Shown here piece after piece: positions 19,644-29,321 of a DNA stretch of 64,000 bases. The notes under the pieces were generated by a model. It was not told where the DNA came from. It did not search any database and saw only the letters and a program-made list of their open reading frames with translations. This DNA comes from a virus. Lineage: Duplodnaviria; Caudoviricetes. The position numbers and the translations under genes are program-made. Position 1 is the stretch's first letter, and each line of letters begins with the position of its first letter. The stretch lies in IMG/VR virus record IMGVR_UViG_3300032007_000017. One strand, written 5' to 3'.

Positions 19644-21469
19644 TACTTGATCTCCTTCGTATCAGTATAGACGTTATGCTGAGCAGTCGGAACCATAAAC
19701 TGATTACAACTAACCATCAGTCCAACGATCTTCATGACAGAGTTCAGAATAATGGTATCAGATTCAATAGAAGATTTGACCTTACCATCAAACTCATTGG
19801 TTCTCATATTGTAAGGACCACCTCCTCTGATTGTCTGATCAACAAGCTCTCTGGAATTAGGATACTTTGTAGCATAGAGCATATTAACCAGCTCAATATA
19901 TGCATCAAAGATACCATTTACCACAAGATACTCAGCATCAGTGGCTCCAGCACTACCAATCTCATCATTAAGATCAATGATAGCATTCAAGCCAGATACA
20001 TTAGCACCCCAACCTACGCCATACTTGGCAGCAGATCTGCAGTTCTTAACAGCATCCTCAACTCTATGAAGAAGAGCATCTCTGTCAGAAGGAGACATAC
20101 CACCAACACGGATCTCAACCAAGTTGGACTTCAGAGCATGGAGACGACGCTTAAGAGTACCAAGCTCTCTCACATCTCCACCATCAGCTTCATTCTTCTT
20201 GATCTCTGCTTCAACGAAAGCAAGAAGATTCTTATAGATCTCACTAAATTCACCATCCTCATTCTTCATTTCCAGAGGATTAATGAACTTAGTATCTTCA
20301 CTATAAGAAACAACAGACTCTGCCTTACCAGCGAAGTCAAAGAAGTTATCAGGAGTGCAAGCACGTCCAGCTTCCACATCAGCCTTATAGACTTCTGCAT
20401 CCATATATTTCATAATGGGCTTAGCACCACAGAGCTGATAGATATCTCTAATCTGATCAGGCTGAGTACGGTTGATAACAAAGTTCACAGGAAGTTTGTT
20501 ACCAGCAGGCTGCTTAGACTGAATATCAACCAGTCGATCGATCAAAGAGGACATATCTCTAGAGATCTTCGGACAAACGATAACAGTCGGAGTCAGATTA
20601 AACACTCCTGTTCTAACACCCCTATCAAAGGGATTGATGATATTATTGCTAAGAATGGCATCGAGAATGACACCAAGCTCCTTAGTATCAATAGGATCAT
20701 CAAAGAAATAGATCTCAGGATTATCAACGACAGCAGAGTTATCAGACGGATTTGTGACAAATGAACTATCCATAAATCCGCTATCGATTGTCATACCATC
20801 AAATGTCTTGACGGTAATCTCTTCAGGAGCAGTTGTAGGAGCGACATCGATGAAAACTCCCATACCACTTTCTTTATAGATATTCTGGATAAACTGAGCA
20901 ACCCAGTAATCTCCATCAGAAGAAGTATATGCAATATCAAAGATATCCTGAAGATTGCATTCCTTAGCGGTTTCACGAATTGCTTCATCGATTTCTTTAC
21001 CAATCTTATCCATAGCACGAGTGACATCGGATGCATACAGATTGGGATTGGCTTCCATACCTTTGATAATACTATCAAAGATAAGCTTGGAGAGGATAAC
21101 AGCACTCGTTGTACCATCTCCAACAGTCTTGACGATATTAAGAGTGATATTCTCAATATCATCACGAATAGACTGCTCAATAATGCCATTATACTTAATA
21201 GCACCAAGAATCGTATGACCATCCTTAGTGTACATCGTACTGGCATTCAGGTTTTTAATAGCAGTCACAGATCCATGAGGACCAAAGCTGTTAATAAGGA
21301 TCTTAGTAAGGTCTCCAAGAATCGTTGACTGGATTCTGCGAAGTGTTTTCTGATCAATTACATTAGAAATGTAATTGATATGCTTTACTTTACCATCATC
21401 GACAATGAATGCTACCGGATCGTTAACGGGATTGTCGACAATAGTCTTTTCGCCATAATCATTACTCAT
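19643..21469 (-). CDS. groEL: phage GroEL-like chaperonin
   Basis: SFGPHG, TKDGHTIL, VGDGTTSA, VEDA motifs; start MSND after AAGGAG. Confidence 0.92.
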   Translation of the reverse strand: MSNDYGEKTIVDNPVNDPVAFIVDDGKVKHINYISNVIDQKTLRRIQSTILGDLTKILINSFGPHGSVTAIKNLNASTMYTKDGHTILGAIKYNGIIEQSIRDDIENITLNIVKTVGDGTTSAVILSKLIFDSIIKGMEANPNLYASDVTRAMDKIGKEIDEAIRETAKECNLQDIFDIAYTSSDGDYWVAQFIQNIYKESGMGVFIDVAPTTAPEEITVKTFDGMTIDSGFMDSSFVTNPSDNSAVVDNPEIYFFDDPIDTKELGVILDAILSNNIINPFDRGVRTGVFNLTPTVIVCPKISRDMSSLIDRLVDIQSKQPAGNKLPVNFVINRTQPDQIRDIYQLCGAKPIMKYMDAEVYKADVEAGRACTPDNFFDFAGKAESVVSYSEDTKFINPLEMKNEDGEFSEIYKNLLAFVEAEIKKNEADGGDVRELGTLKRRLHALKSNLVEIRVGGMSPSDRDALLHRVEDAVKNCRSAAKYGVGWGANVSGLNAIIDLNDEIGSAGATDAEYLVVNGIFDAYIELVNMLYATKYPNSRELVDQTIRGGGPYNMRTNEFDGKVKSSIESDTIILNSVMKIVGLMVSCNQFMVPTAQHNVYTDTKEIK

Positions 21470-22157
21470 GAGAACTCTCCTTTTCTTGTAGTTGGAAAGA
21501 ATCAATGATTTGGAATTCGCTCTTTTGACCATATTTGATAATATAGTCTTTTAGAATTACCACGTCATTGTCAATTACTTCTAGGTTACAGCCATAATTT
21601 AAAATAGCCAGATATTTAGCTGTAGATTGCATATTCGGAATATCATCTAAATATCTTACATCAGCAAGAATTAAACGGCTGTATTGGGACAGATCAAGTT
21701 CACTTCTTTTCCCAATAAAGATATTGGGATTAGATGACTTGAACAGTGATTGAATTGTTTTTACTTGAGCCTCATTATCACAACGGATATGGACCTTGAT
21801 CATTCCTCCAGCAGCTCGAGAATATGTAGTGATAAGTCTATGAATCATAGTTACAGGAGCTCCCTGTACGATTCTATCATACTCATCAGATACGTAGGTA
21901 TCATAGATAGTTTTCCAATACTGCTTTCCAGAATCCATAAAGCACTCTTCTACAATATTCTTATTGTATAGAGTAACTCTATCTCTTACAAGTTCCATTA
22001 ATGGCTTATGTAAAAAAGCATAGTTGATTGATGGATTAAAGCCTCCGAGAGGATAGTCCTCTCGGAGAGCTTTAACCACAGCTAACTGAAGATCAACTAT
22101 GCCATCAAATTCAACCAGTATAGACTGTCGTCTAACTGCATTTAATCCAAGTGGCAT
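21462..22157 (-). CDS. hypothetical protein, degenerate HAD-like fold
   Basis: ILVEFDGIVD resembles HAD motif I with the first Asp replaced by Glu. Confidence 0.5.
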   Translation of the reverse strand: MPLGLNAVRRQSILVEFDGIVDLQLAVVKALREDYPLGGFNPSINYAFLHKPLMELVRDRVTLYNKNIVEECFMDSGKQYWKTIYDTYVSDEYDRIVQGAPVTMIHRLITTYSRAAGGMIKVHIRCDNEAQVKTIQSLFKSSNPNIFIGKRSELDLSQYSRLILADVRYLDDIPNMQSTAKYLAILNYGCNLEVIDNDVVILKDYIIKYGQKSEFQIIDSFQLQEKESSHE

Positions 22158-22169
22158 AGTACTACCTCA

Positions 22170-22967
22170 TTAATAGAGGTCATCCATCGTGGCATTGACA
22201 TATGCATCAAGACCACCATCATCGCTGTTGGACTGAGATGCAGGAGAAGAAGGACCATTGCTAGAGAAGTAGCTGGTAGAACTACTCTGTCTAGAGCCTC
22301 CTATACTCATATCCAGACCCAATTTCTCTCCAATTCGATTGAGCTTCGTGGAAGTACGATAGTCATTCCAACGGGTCTCATCGACAACCGTGTAAGCGAT
22401 TGCTCTAGTTTCGGCTTTATAGTATTCCTCAAGCACAGTCAGAAGCTGACGGAGCTCAAGATCAGGAAACTTTCTAGTCCCATACTGTCCATTGGACTTC
22501 TCGGAGAAGTTAGTGACAGCAAAATAGTAATCGCCTTTAACTTCATATGCAAAAGACGAAGAAACGTTACCAGATTCATCGACTTTGCGAATGATCACCA
22601 GCGGGAACTTCGAATTGAAGTCCTTTCCTGTCGAGAAGCAAATGATAGAACTACCAGAAGTAACTCCACAGTTATCATTTGCTTCAGGATTTTCGATAAA
22701 GCTCTTCAAAACCTCAGCGAGGATACGAGCCTTAGAATGATTCAGATAGACACTGATACCATTCTTCATATCGAACGTAGGCTGGTCAGTAGGCGATTCA
22801 GGATTCTTAGGACTAATAGAAATACGTAAAGTCTTATTCCAGAATTGGGTAGTCAAAGAAGTCTGGTCAACAGTGCTCTGTGCATTGTTAAACCTATACG
22901 GTGAGTAGATAGTGGGATCAATAGGCCCACCTTTCTTGTTATTGTTTGAATAGTTTCCGTACGGCAT
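22170..22967 (-). CDS. probable single-stranded DNA-binding protein
   Basis: Beta-rich core, Ser/Gly linker and acidic-aromatic C-terminus (MDDLY); early motif at 22985-22994. Confidence 0.5.
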   Translation of the reverse strand: MPYGNYSNNNKKGGPIDPTIYSPYRFNNAQSTVDQTSLTTQFWNKTLRISISPKNPESPTDQPTFDMKNGISVYLNHSKARILAEVLKSFIENPEANDNCGVTSGSSIICFSTGKDFNSKFPLVIIRKVDESGNVSSSFAYEVKGDYYFAVTNFSEKSNGQYGTRKFPDLELRQLLTVLEEYYKAETRAIAYTVVDETRWNDYRTSTKLNRIGEKLGLDMSIGGSRQSSSTSYFSSNGPSSPASQSNSDDGGLDAYVNATMDDLY

Positions 22968-23005
22968 GAGTATTTTCCTCCTTAAATAATATATGTACTT
23001 ATTTG

Positions 23006-24172
23006 TTACAGATCAGTATTTTTATACACAGGCGTGGCCATCAGATAAGATGATATCGCCGGCTTGTTATTAAAAATCCAATCTGCTAATTCATTAGGTT
23101 TCATGGTGAATATCGGTTCTTCGATCTGGAAACCAGCAGCACCAGGATGACCTCCACCACCAAACTGCTCTGCAATCTTATTGACTTCAATATAATTTGC
23201 TTTATTTGCATAAATCGAATGAATCCAAAGTCTAGATTCAGGATCGAATCTATACAAAACAGCAAAGCTTACCAAATTATCATCAAGATAATTTAAGAAG
23301 TTCTTAGAATTTCCATGACCATTCTTTACAATGATCTTATGACCAAAGAGATTCATGATCGTACAGAATTTAAATTCTGTAAAATATCTATTTCTCTCAA
23401 ACACATTGATCTTCTTACCATCTCTGATAAACTCTTCACATCTATCGAAGAGATTAAACATATCAGAATATTTTGTTTCTCTTGTATTCTGATCCATTCT
23501 CGTCATTGAGAAATCAGATGCCATATATCCTGTGATGAAATCAGGAGCTTCAGGCTCTTCTCTCGTCCAACGATCATGATGATCAAGATAATACAAGAAG
23601 TCAGGAATGGTGAATTCTCCATAGTCTGCTATAGTTGCACTTATCTTGGTTATATGATTGGGTTCATTCTTCTTCAATGCAACATCATTGACAAGCAGAT
23701 AATGATTATCGTGAATATTGATTGATGAAGAACAGATCAAATCCGTATAAAGATAGGTAAGAACTGCTCCGCATGCATTATTACTATGAATAATAGCACC
23801 ATACGAGATATTCTTATGCTGAGCAAGGAATGAAAACACACCATCAATAATAGGCTTAGAAGAAGCATGATGGTCAATCCAAACCACTCTCTTAACTCTA
23901 GGATCACTGATAATTGCATTTATCAGAATATCAATTGTATTCTGTGTGAAAGAAAGATCAACAAACCAGAGTTCAATAGGATCATCTCCTTCAATCTTAA
24001 GATGATCATCAAAGGAAGAAGTATATACCTTTTCAGCGGTAAAGACATTCTTATATACAAATCCTTCCTTTTTCAAATTTACTTCTTTTCCAAGCAGAAA
24101 ATTCTCTGCCAGGTATCCGGATACATGACCATCCGGATCATTATGATGATAAATCATTGCGTTATAGTTCAT
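23006..24172 (-). CDS. DHH/DHHA1 phosphoesterase
   Basis: HNDPDG, VDLS, IDHH and GGGGHPGAAG motifs. Confidence 0.9.
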   Translation of the reverse strand: MNYNAMIYHHNDPDGHVSGYLAENFLLGKEVNLKKEGFVYKNVFTAEKVYTSSFDDHLKIEGDDPIELWFVDLSFTQNTIDILINAIISDPRVKRVVWIDHHASSKPIIDGVFSFLAQHKNISYGAIIHSNNACGAVLTYLYTDLICSSSINIHDNHYLLVNDVALKKNEPNHITKISATIADYGEFTIPDFLYYLDHHDRWTREEPEAPDFITGYMASDFSMTRMDQNTRETKYSDMFNLFDRCEEFIRDGKKINVFERNRYFTEFKFCTIMNLFGHKIIVKNGHGNSKNFLNYLDDNLVSFAVLYRFDPESRLWIHSIYANKANYIEVNKIAEQFGGGGHPGAAGFQIEEPIFTMKPNELADWIFNNKPAISSYLMATPVYKNTDL

Positions 24173-24243
24173 AGCTGGGTTCTCCTTTCTTGAATTCATC
24201 ATAATAATATGCAACTGAAACTTATTATTAAAGAGGTGAGCAT

Positions 24244-24879
24244 ATGCCTAATAAAACAGATTTCTATAATAACTCATCTATGAATATGCCTTATCTCGAA
24301 ATAGGCATTGCATTAAAAGATATTGATCGAAACAATCCTGGAAAGATTCCATTTTCTATTCCTATCCTTACTCCAGATGTAGATACATCTAAACAAGTTA
24401 AGAGTAAAGTTCCTCAGAGAGATAAGTCAAATATTCTCACTGATAATAAAGGAGCTGTAGATGTATCTGATATAGAAGTTTCAAACTATATTGAGATTGA
24501 AATTCCTAGAGAGTTATGTGCTCTTGCAAATGCAAAATATGCAGTTGAAGGATGGCTCAATATAGAAGGATCTGGACACGTTCAAACTGCTACTTTAAAT
24601 GGAACTGGTAGTATATCTGGATCTCTTTCTGGTAGTGGAACAGTTGGTCCTCCGCTCAATTATGATTTTCTTAGTGCTTCTGGTACTGTTTCTGGTAATA
24701 TATCAGAAACTGTAAGTGGAACACATACTACAGACTTTCAGAAAGCCAAAGTAGATGGAGAACTTACATTGAAAATGATTGCTCCATATCATATTATTCC
24801 AAAAGGCAGTAAGTGGCTTATTGCCTTTATCGGAGGAGATATGAGTATGCCTAGAGTAATCTGTAGGCTTCCTGATTAA
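24244..24879 (+). CDS. baseplate spike (gp5/gpV OB-fold)-like protein
   Basis: GKIPFSIP ... IPKGSKWLIAFIGGD..PRVI; late promoter 24219-24230. Confidence 0.5.
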   Translation: MPNKTDFYNNSSMNMPYLEIGIALKDIDRNNPGKIPFSIPILTPDVDTSKQVKSKVPQRDKSNILTDNKGAVDVSDIEVSNYIEIEIPRELCALANAKYAVEGWLNIEGSGHVQTATLNGTGSISGSLSGSGTVGPPLNYDFLSASGTVSGNISETVSGTHTTDFQKAKVDGELTLKMIAPYHIIPKGSKWLIAFIGGDMSMPRVICRLPD

Positions 24880-24897
24880 AAAAAAAAGAAAGGGCTT

Positions 24898-25299
24898 TTA
24901 GCCCTTTCTTTTCAGAGTGCAATGATACAAATCATGCACTTCAGCAACGTCTTCAAGCCATTCCTCGTAGGAAATACTCGTGATCTCGTATTCTCCAAGA
25001 GATGCAGTGATAGCTAATGGACCATATGTAGTTTTGGCCATCAGCTCAATGGAGCATTCTTTTCGTAGAGGGTTCACCATGCATTGGAATTCATTAATAC
25101 CAATGACTTTATTATTGTGATATATTGTTCCGCAGATCGTGAACATGATATCATCAATAATAAAATCAATCGGATTAAGAGGTTTAATGCTGATTTCAGT
25201 TAGTTCCCCATTTTTATCTTTTGCTGGTGATATGGATGCCATGAGAGATTCTGTTTGCTTAAACAAATCTACAAACACTTTGTTGAACGAATAGTCCAT
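24898..25299 (-). CDS. hypothetical protein
   Basis: AAGGAGG RBS; early motif at 25322-25330. Confidence 0.7.
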   Translation of the reverse strand: MDYSFNKVFVDLFKQTESLMASISPAKDKNGELTEISIKPLNPIDFIIDDIMFTICGTIYHNNKVIGINEFQCMVNPLRKECSIELMAKTTYGPLAITASLGEYEITSISYEEWLEDVAEVHDLYHCTLKRKG

Positions 25300-25346
25300 A
25301 TTCATTCCTCCTTTCATATAGATAATATGTAATTATAAATCGAATA

Positions 25347-25424
25347 AATTACAAGAGAGGCCAAAAGGCCTCTCTTGTGTTGGCTCGTTTTTGAAAAGCG
25401 TGAACAGGTTCGCATCCAAGATCT
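25347..25424 (-). ncRNA. candidate late sRNA F
   Basis: Promoter AACA-ttctat-TA (25435-25424), about 45 nt body, hairpin 25351-25378; no ORF. Confidence 0.45.
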
Positions 25425-25442
25425 AATAGAATGTTCTCAGAA

Positions 25443-26618
25443 TTAATATCTATCAGGCTGGATGTCAGGATAAGGAACAAAGACTCCATAAGTCTTTCCC
25501 TTATAGACAAGAGTAGAAGACAATTCATCTCTAACTCTCTTAAACTTCTCAAGAGATTCTCTCCAGCGCTTAGCCTCAGTCTGAGAGAGATCATCAGAAT
25601 TAACAAAGTCTTCAATGATTGCAATACGAGTATTCAGTTGACGCATCAGATAAAGAGCATCATCTTCATCTTCAACATTACGAACTCTCATATTCAATTC
25701 ATAGAAGTCATCTTCGAGAGATCTCATGTTATTGATGCGCATCTTACGCATTCTCTCATTGATCTTCGACTTGACAGATGCTGTAATATCAGCCTCCATC
25801 AAAGCATAGTCGTCAATACGAGAAATACGCTTGATCATAGCATCCATTTCCATCTTCTCGATAGTAGAACCAGTAAGAGCTTTAGCCTTATTCAAAGCTT
25901 TAATAGCTCCAATACGTCTAGTTCCAAGATGACGATAAAGACTAAGTGTCCAAGTAAATGCAGAGAATTTATCTACATTGCCACCGCTATACAGCTTCAT
26001 ATTCTTAGAGATAATCTTGTTCATAGCTCTTTCGAGGTCAGCAGTATATCCATACATTCTGACAAAGTCATCAGCAAGAATCTCATCCACATCGTTTGTA
26101 TAGAACATGGAACGATCCTTTGAGATGAAATCCTTCAAAGCATATGCAAGAATCTCTCTATAATGAATCGAATCAGACATAGCGATAGAGTCATGAGACT
26201 TAGCCATATACTCATCAAGATATCTCCTAGCATTAGCAATCGGAGTAATATCATTCGTTACATGACCAACCTCATGAAGAGTCATAGCAACCAGCTCACG
26301 AGAAGTTAAACCAAGAATGGGATTAAAGAGATGAGAATCATACTCAAGAGAATACTTAGAGATACGCATTTCATCAGTTCCCATAAGATAGTCATAGATC
26401 TTATCAGAATCAATACCTGCATTCACGATAATACCGAAAAACATCTTATCCGTATTATTGGTATAAAATACCTGAGTGCAGGTAGAATCCTTGAAGAATC
26501 TATTAAGCTCTCTACGAATATTAAGCAAATCCGAAGAGTTTAAAGATCCACGAGCAATAGCCCGATCAAAGATATTTTCCAAACCAGAGAAGTCATAATT
26601 GATCTTTCTCATAGTCAA
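25443..26618 (-). CDS. late (virion) protein with HExxH metallopeptidase motif
   Basis: LHEVGH ... EILADDF; late promoter 26643-26654. Confidence 0.65.
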   Translation of the reverse strand: MTMRKINYDFSGLENIFDRAIARGSLNSSDLLNIRRELNRFFKDSTCTQVFYTNNTDKMFFGIIVNAGIDSDKIYDYLMGTDEMRISKYSLEYDSHLFNPILGLTSRELVAMTLHEVGHVTNDITPIANARRYLDEYMAKSHDSIAMSDSIHYREILAYALKDFISKDRSMFYTNDVDEILADDFVRMYGYTADLERAMNKIISKNMKLYSGGNVDKFSAFTWTLSLYRHLGTRRIGAIKALNKAKALTGSTIEKMEMDAMIKRISRIDDYALMEADITASVKSKINERMRKMRINNMRSLEDDFYELNMRVRNVEDEDDALYLMRQLNTRIAIIEDFVNSDDLSQTEAKRWRESLEKFKRVRDELSSTLVYKGKTYGVFVPYPDIQPDRY

Positions 26619-26659
26619 TAACCTCCTCTTAATGAGTCATATTACTCAATTGTTCAGCC

Positions 26660-26697
26660 CAAGAGAAAAAAGAAAGAGGGCTTAGCCCTCTTTCTTT
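26660..26697. repeat. cassette-boundary hairpin repeat, copy 1
   Basis: aaaaagaaagagggc-tta-gccctctttcttt. Confidence 0.85.
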
Positions 26698-26708
26698 ATT
26701 AGTGGTGC

Positions 26709-27161
26709 TTAAGAAATATATCTAGATGAAGTAATTTTATCAGATACTTCTCTTGTTTTATCAGACATATCTATAAGAAAATCTGAGCAGAATTCTAAGC
26801 ACTCAAATAGATCTGGCATGGTTCTATTATGAATCAATTCAAATATTTCTTCTGGACCTTCCCAGTCATCAGTATTAAATTCATTACAAGTATCGGAATC
26901 TTTTCCAAGAGCAAATAGTTTAAGATCTTCAGCATCAATGTCTAAAGAACCATAAGTTCCTACCTGCCTCGAATACCCATAAAGACGATTATCCCATGCT
27001 TCATATTCGGATTTGAATTCCCTATCATTCTCTAAGTAGCCAGAATAGTATACATCATCTGCAAAATCATCTACAAGATCATACATTGCTGCATATACAT
27101 CATACCATGCTCTATAAATATCAGCATAGTAAAGCATGGTTCTTTGATCAAGGGTAAACAT
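26709..27161 (-). CDS. acidic hypothetical accessory protein
   Basis: Start MFTLD after AAGGAG; early motif at about 27195-27204. Confidence 0.7.
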   Translation of the reverse strand: MFTLDQRTMLYYADIYRAWYDVYAAMYDLVDDFADDVYYSGYLENDREFKSEYEAWDNRLYGYSRQVGTYGSLDIDAEDLKLFALGKDSDTCNEFNTDDWEGPEEIFELIHNRTMPDLFECLEFCSDFLIDMSDKTREVSDKITSSRYIS

Positions 27162-27234
27162 ATTTGAATTCTCCTTTAATATAGATTTCACAAGTATAAT
27201 ATATTATTATCTCAAATAATAGATTTATACTTTT

Positions 27235-27270
27235 AAGAAAAAAGAAAGAGGGCTAAGCCCTCTTTCTCTT
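27235..27270. repeat. cassette-boundary hairpin repeat, copy 2
   Basis: aaaaaagaaagagggc-taa-gccctctttct. Confidence 0.85.
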
Positions 27271-27731
27271 TAAATAATTTCGGGGTTAATTTGATTCAGA
27301 ATAAATGGAAAATCATTGACGACATCATAAATTTCAGCATATATCTTTTTACTATTTTTAGTATACTTAAATGTAAAATTTACTGATAATCCAACCAATT
27401 GCTTCTTAGAAAACACAATATACATCGAATTACAATTTTTTACAATCATATCGAATATACTAAGATCGCACCATGCCTGATAAAATTTATCGGTATAAAG
27501 TATTGGTTTAGGATTATGGTTAATGATTGTGAGTGATGCATTTCCATTTCTATTAAATATAGATGTTCCTTTTGGCTGTGTAAATGCAAAATCACAAGGA
27601 ATTCCATTACTTAACAAACTGAACTTATTTGGAACAGGTATAATCTCACCATTTTCGAATTTAATAGAATGATCCCCAATAATCATACTTGGCTCATATG
27701 AACGATAAAGATACTTCTGATAGGCTGCCAT
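27270..27731 (-). CDS. hypothetical accessory protein
   Basis: AT-rich, AAGGAGG RBS. Confidence 0.7.
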   Translation of the reverse strand: MAAYQKYLYRSYEPSMIIGDHSIKFENGEIIPVPNKFSLLSNGIPCDFAFTQPKGTSIFNRNGNASLTIINHNPKPILYTDKFYQAWCDLSIFDMIVKNCNSMYIVFSKKQLVGLSVNFTFKYTKNSKKIYAEIYDVVNDFPFILNQINPEII

Positions 27732-27753
27732 TTTTATTTTAATATCCTCCTTT

Positions 27754-27790
27754 CAAGAGAAAAAGAAAGAGGGCTTAGCCCTCTTTCTTT
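27754..27790. repeat. cassette-boundary hairpin repeat, copy 3
   Basis: caagagaaaaagaaagagggc-tta-gccctctttcttt; contains the stop codon of 27775-28503. Confidence 0.85.
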
Positions 27791-28503
27791 GTTTTCTTAA
27801 TTCGCAATGTTGAAGCTGGTACAAACCATATATCTGTATTTTCTTCTTCTTCCCATCCATATCTTTTATGGTCTACTGCGTATGCCTCAAGCATATATAT
27901 TACTACAGGAAGTTCAATAAAATATGGATATGGATGTGTAATACCACAAATACGCATCATTGTATCTCTGTAAAGAGGGTTAAACGTTATTTTTAATTCT
28001 CTTCCTTTAAGGGAAGAACCATCTTTTGGTGAATGGTCATTTTTAGTAATTGTGCTATAAACAGCCTTATCGTCTTCCCAGGCCGCATCGAGGGCTTTAT
28101 GCGATTTACCATATAATAGGCTATAATCAAAGTAATATTCACGATAAGTGCCATCGCCATAGCCATATCTTGAATCAACACGAAGCGCAAATGTTTCAAG
28201 GTATACTTCTTTTCCAGTTCTTGACAAAATGACTCTACGAACTTTTGGGTGTTTTACGAGTTCTTCTCTTATTGCTGGTATTGATAGATTTCCGTTAGTA
28301 TCAATTATTATCCCATCCGAATCAAGACTAATGATATCGAATTGTATAAAAGTCATATCGTAATCTTTTCCATAAGATCTACATATATCAATAGCCTCAG
28401 ATATATCTGTCGTATATATGTCAGGAGTATCAGGGGTATTGGGAATTCTAAATATTGCATTTTCGGGAATGCATATATGATCAAAATATTTAATATCAGT
28501 CAT
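27775..28503 (-). CDS. hypothetical accessory protein
   Basis: 242 aa, AAGGAGG RBS. Confidence 0.7.
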   Translation of the reverse strand: MTDIKYFDHICIPENAIFRIPNTPDTPDIYTTDISEAIDICRSYGKDYDMTFIQFDIISLDSDGIIIDTNGNLSIPAIREELVKHPKVRRVILSRTGKEVYLETFALRVDSRYGYGDGTYREYYFDYSLLYGKSHKALDAAWEDDKAVYSTITKNDHSPKDGSSLKGRELKITFNPLYRDTMMRICGITHPYPYFIELPVVIYMLEAYAVDHKRYGWEEEENTDIWFVPASTLRIKKTKKEG

Positions 28504-28507
28504 TATT

Positions 28508-28606
28508 TTAATACCCTCCTTTAGGACGATTATTGTTATTTCTGATCATGTAGAGAGCGATTGCTATAAGTGTTAACTGAACTAGAGTTCCGATTATAGT
28601 AGACAT
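28508..28606 (-). CDS. 32-aa single-TM peptide (not in ORF track)
   Basis: MSTIIGTLVQLTLIAIALYMIRNNNNRPKGGY, AAGGAG RBS. Confidence 0.55.
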   Translation of the reverse strand: MSTIIGTLVQLTLIAIALYMIRNNNNRPKGGY

Positions 28607-28631
28607 TCTTTATTTCTCTCCTTCTTAATAC

Positions 28632-29246
28632 CTATCCTTTCAAATATTTTTCGACTCGTTTATCATATTCTATCCCATTTCCTTTACAATAGCTCTTCAT
28701 GAGGTCAATCAAATCTTCTTTTGTAGAATGATAGTCATGACCAATATGCTTAAATTCAGCCATAGAGGTTTTGGTTAGACCAAGCTCGTAAGATAACTCG
28801 ATCGTACCCTCTGGAATAAAATAGAATGCTTCTCCTTTATATTCCCCTTCGATATCATATGGGGTTCCATCAGTATCTACCCATACAACATGAGAGAATG
28901 GAGCAGCCCAGCATACTTCACCTCTCTCGAATGCATTACGAAGCATGTGGGCGAAATAATAACAATATCCTGCTCTAAACTTTTTTCTTATAACTTCCCA
29001 ATTATATTCAGGAAGTTTATCATATCCAGCAAAGTCACCAATGAACTTTAATACTTCATCGCGCATCTCATTTCGTTCCATTATCGAAAATTTCAATTTA
29101 ATGCCTTCTCCATATCCTAAAGATTCCAATAAGGTCGACATAAGGTTATCGGCTTCTTCATAAAAAATGCCTGGCGATTCATACATATCTTGAAGTGCAA
29201 GTATTTGGTTCTTAAATTCTTCTGGGGTCATAACTTTTTCGCTCAT
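28632..29246 (-). CDS. hypothetical protein with Cys-His-Asp (papain/transglutaminase-like) signature
   Basis: GYCYYFA .. HVV .. YDIEG; early motif at 29275-29290. Confidence 0.55.
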   Translation of the reverse strand: MSEKVMTPEEFKNQILALQDMYESPGIFYEEADNLMSTLLESLGYGEGIKLKFSIMERNEMRDEVLKFIGDFAGYDKLPEYNWEVIRKKFRAGYCYYFAHMLRNAFERGEVCWAAPFSHVVWVDTDGTPYDIEGEYKGEAFYFIPEGTIELSYELGLTKTSMAEFKHIGHDYHSTKEDLIDLMKSYCKGNGIEYDKRVEKYLKG

Positions 29247-29321
29247 AATTGGTTTCTCCTTTCGATTTAGTACTATAATAATAATATATATTTAAAATAA
29301 ATAAAGGTAGCGATGCTACCT

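Noticed and set aside
19547-20764. Long antisense ORFs (also 30722-32071, 56803-58029, 62852-63805 and others)
   Set aside because: Shadow frames of codon-biased genes; no RBS and non-protein-like composition.
26660-27790. CRISPR array
   Set aside because: Repeats are about 520-575 bp apart, separated by genes, and shaped like terminators.
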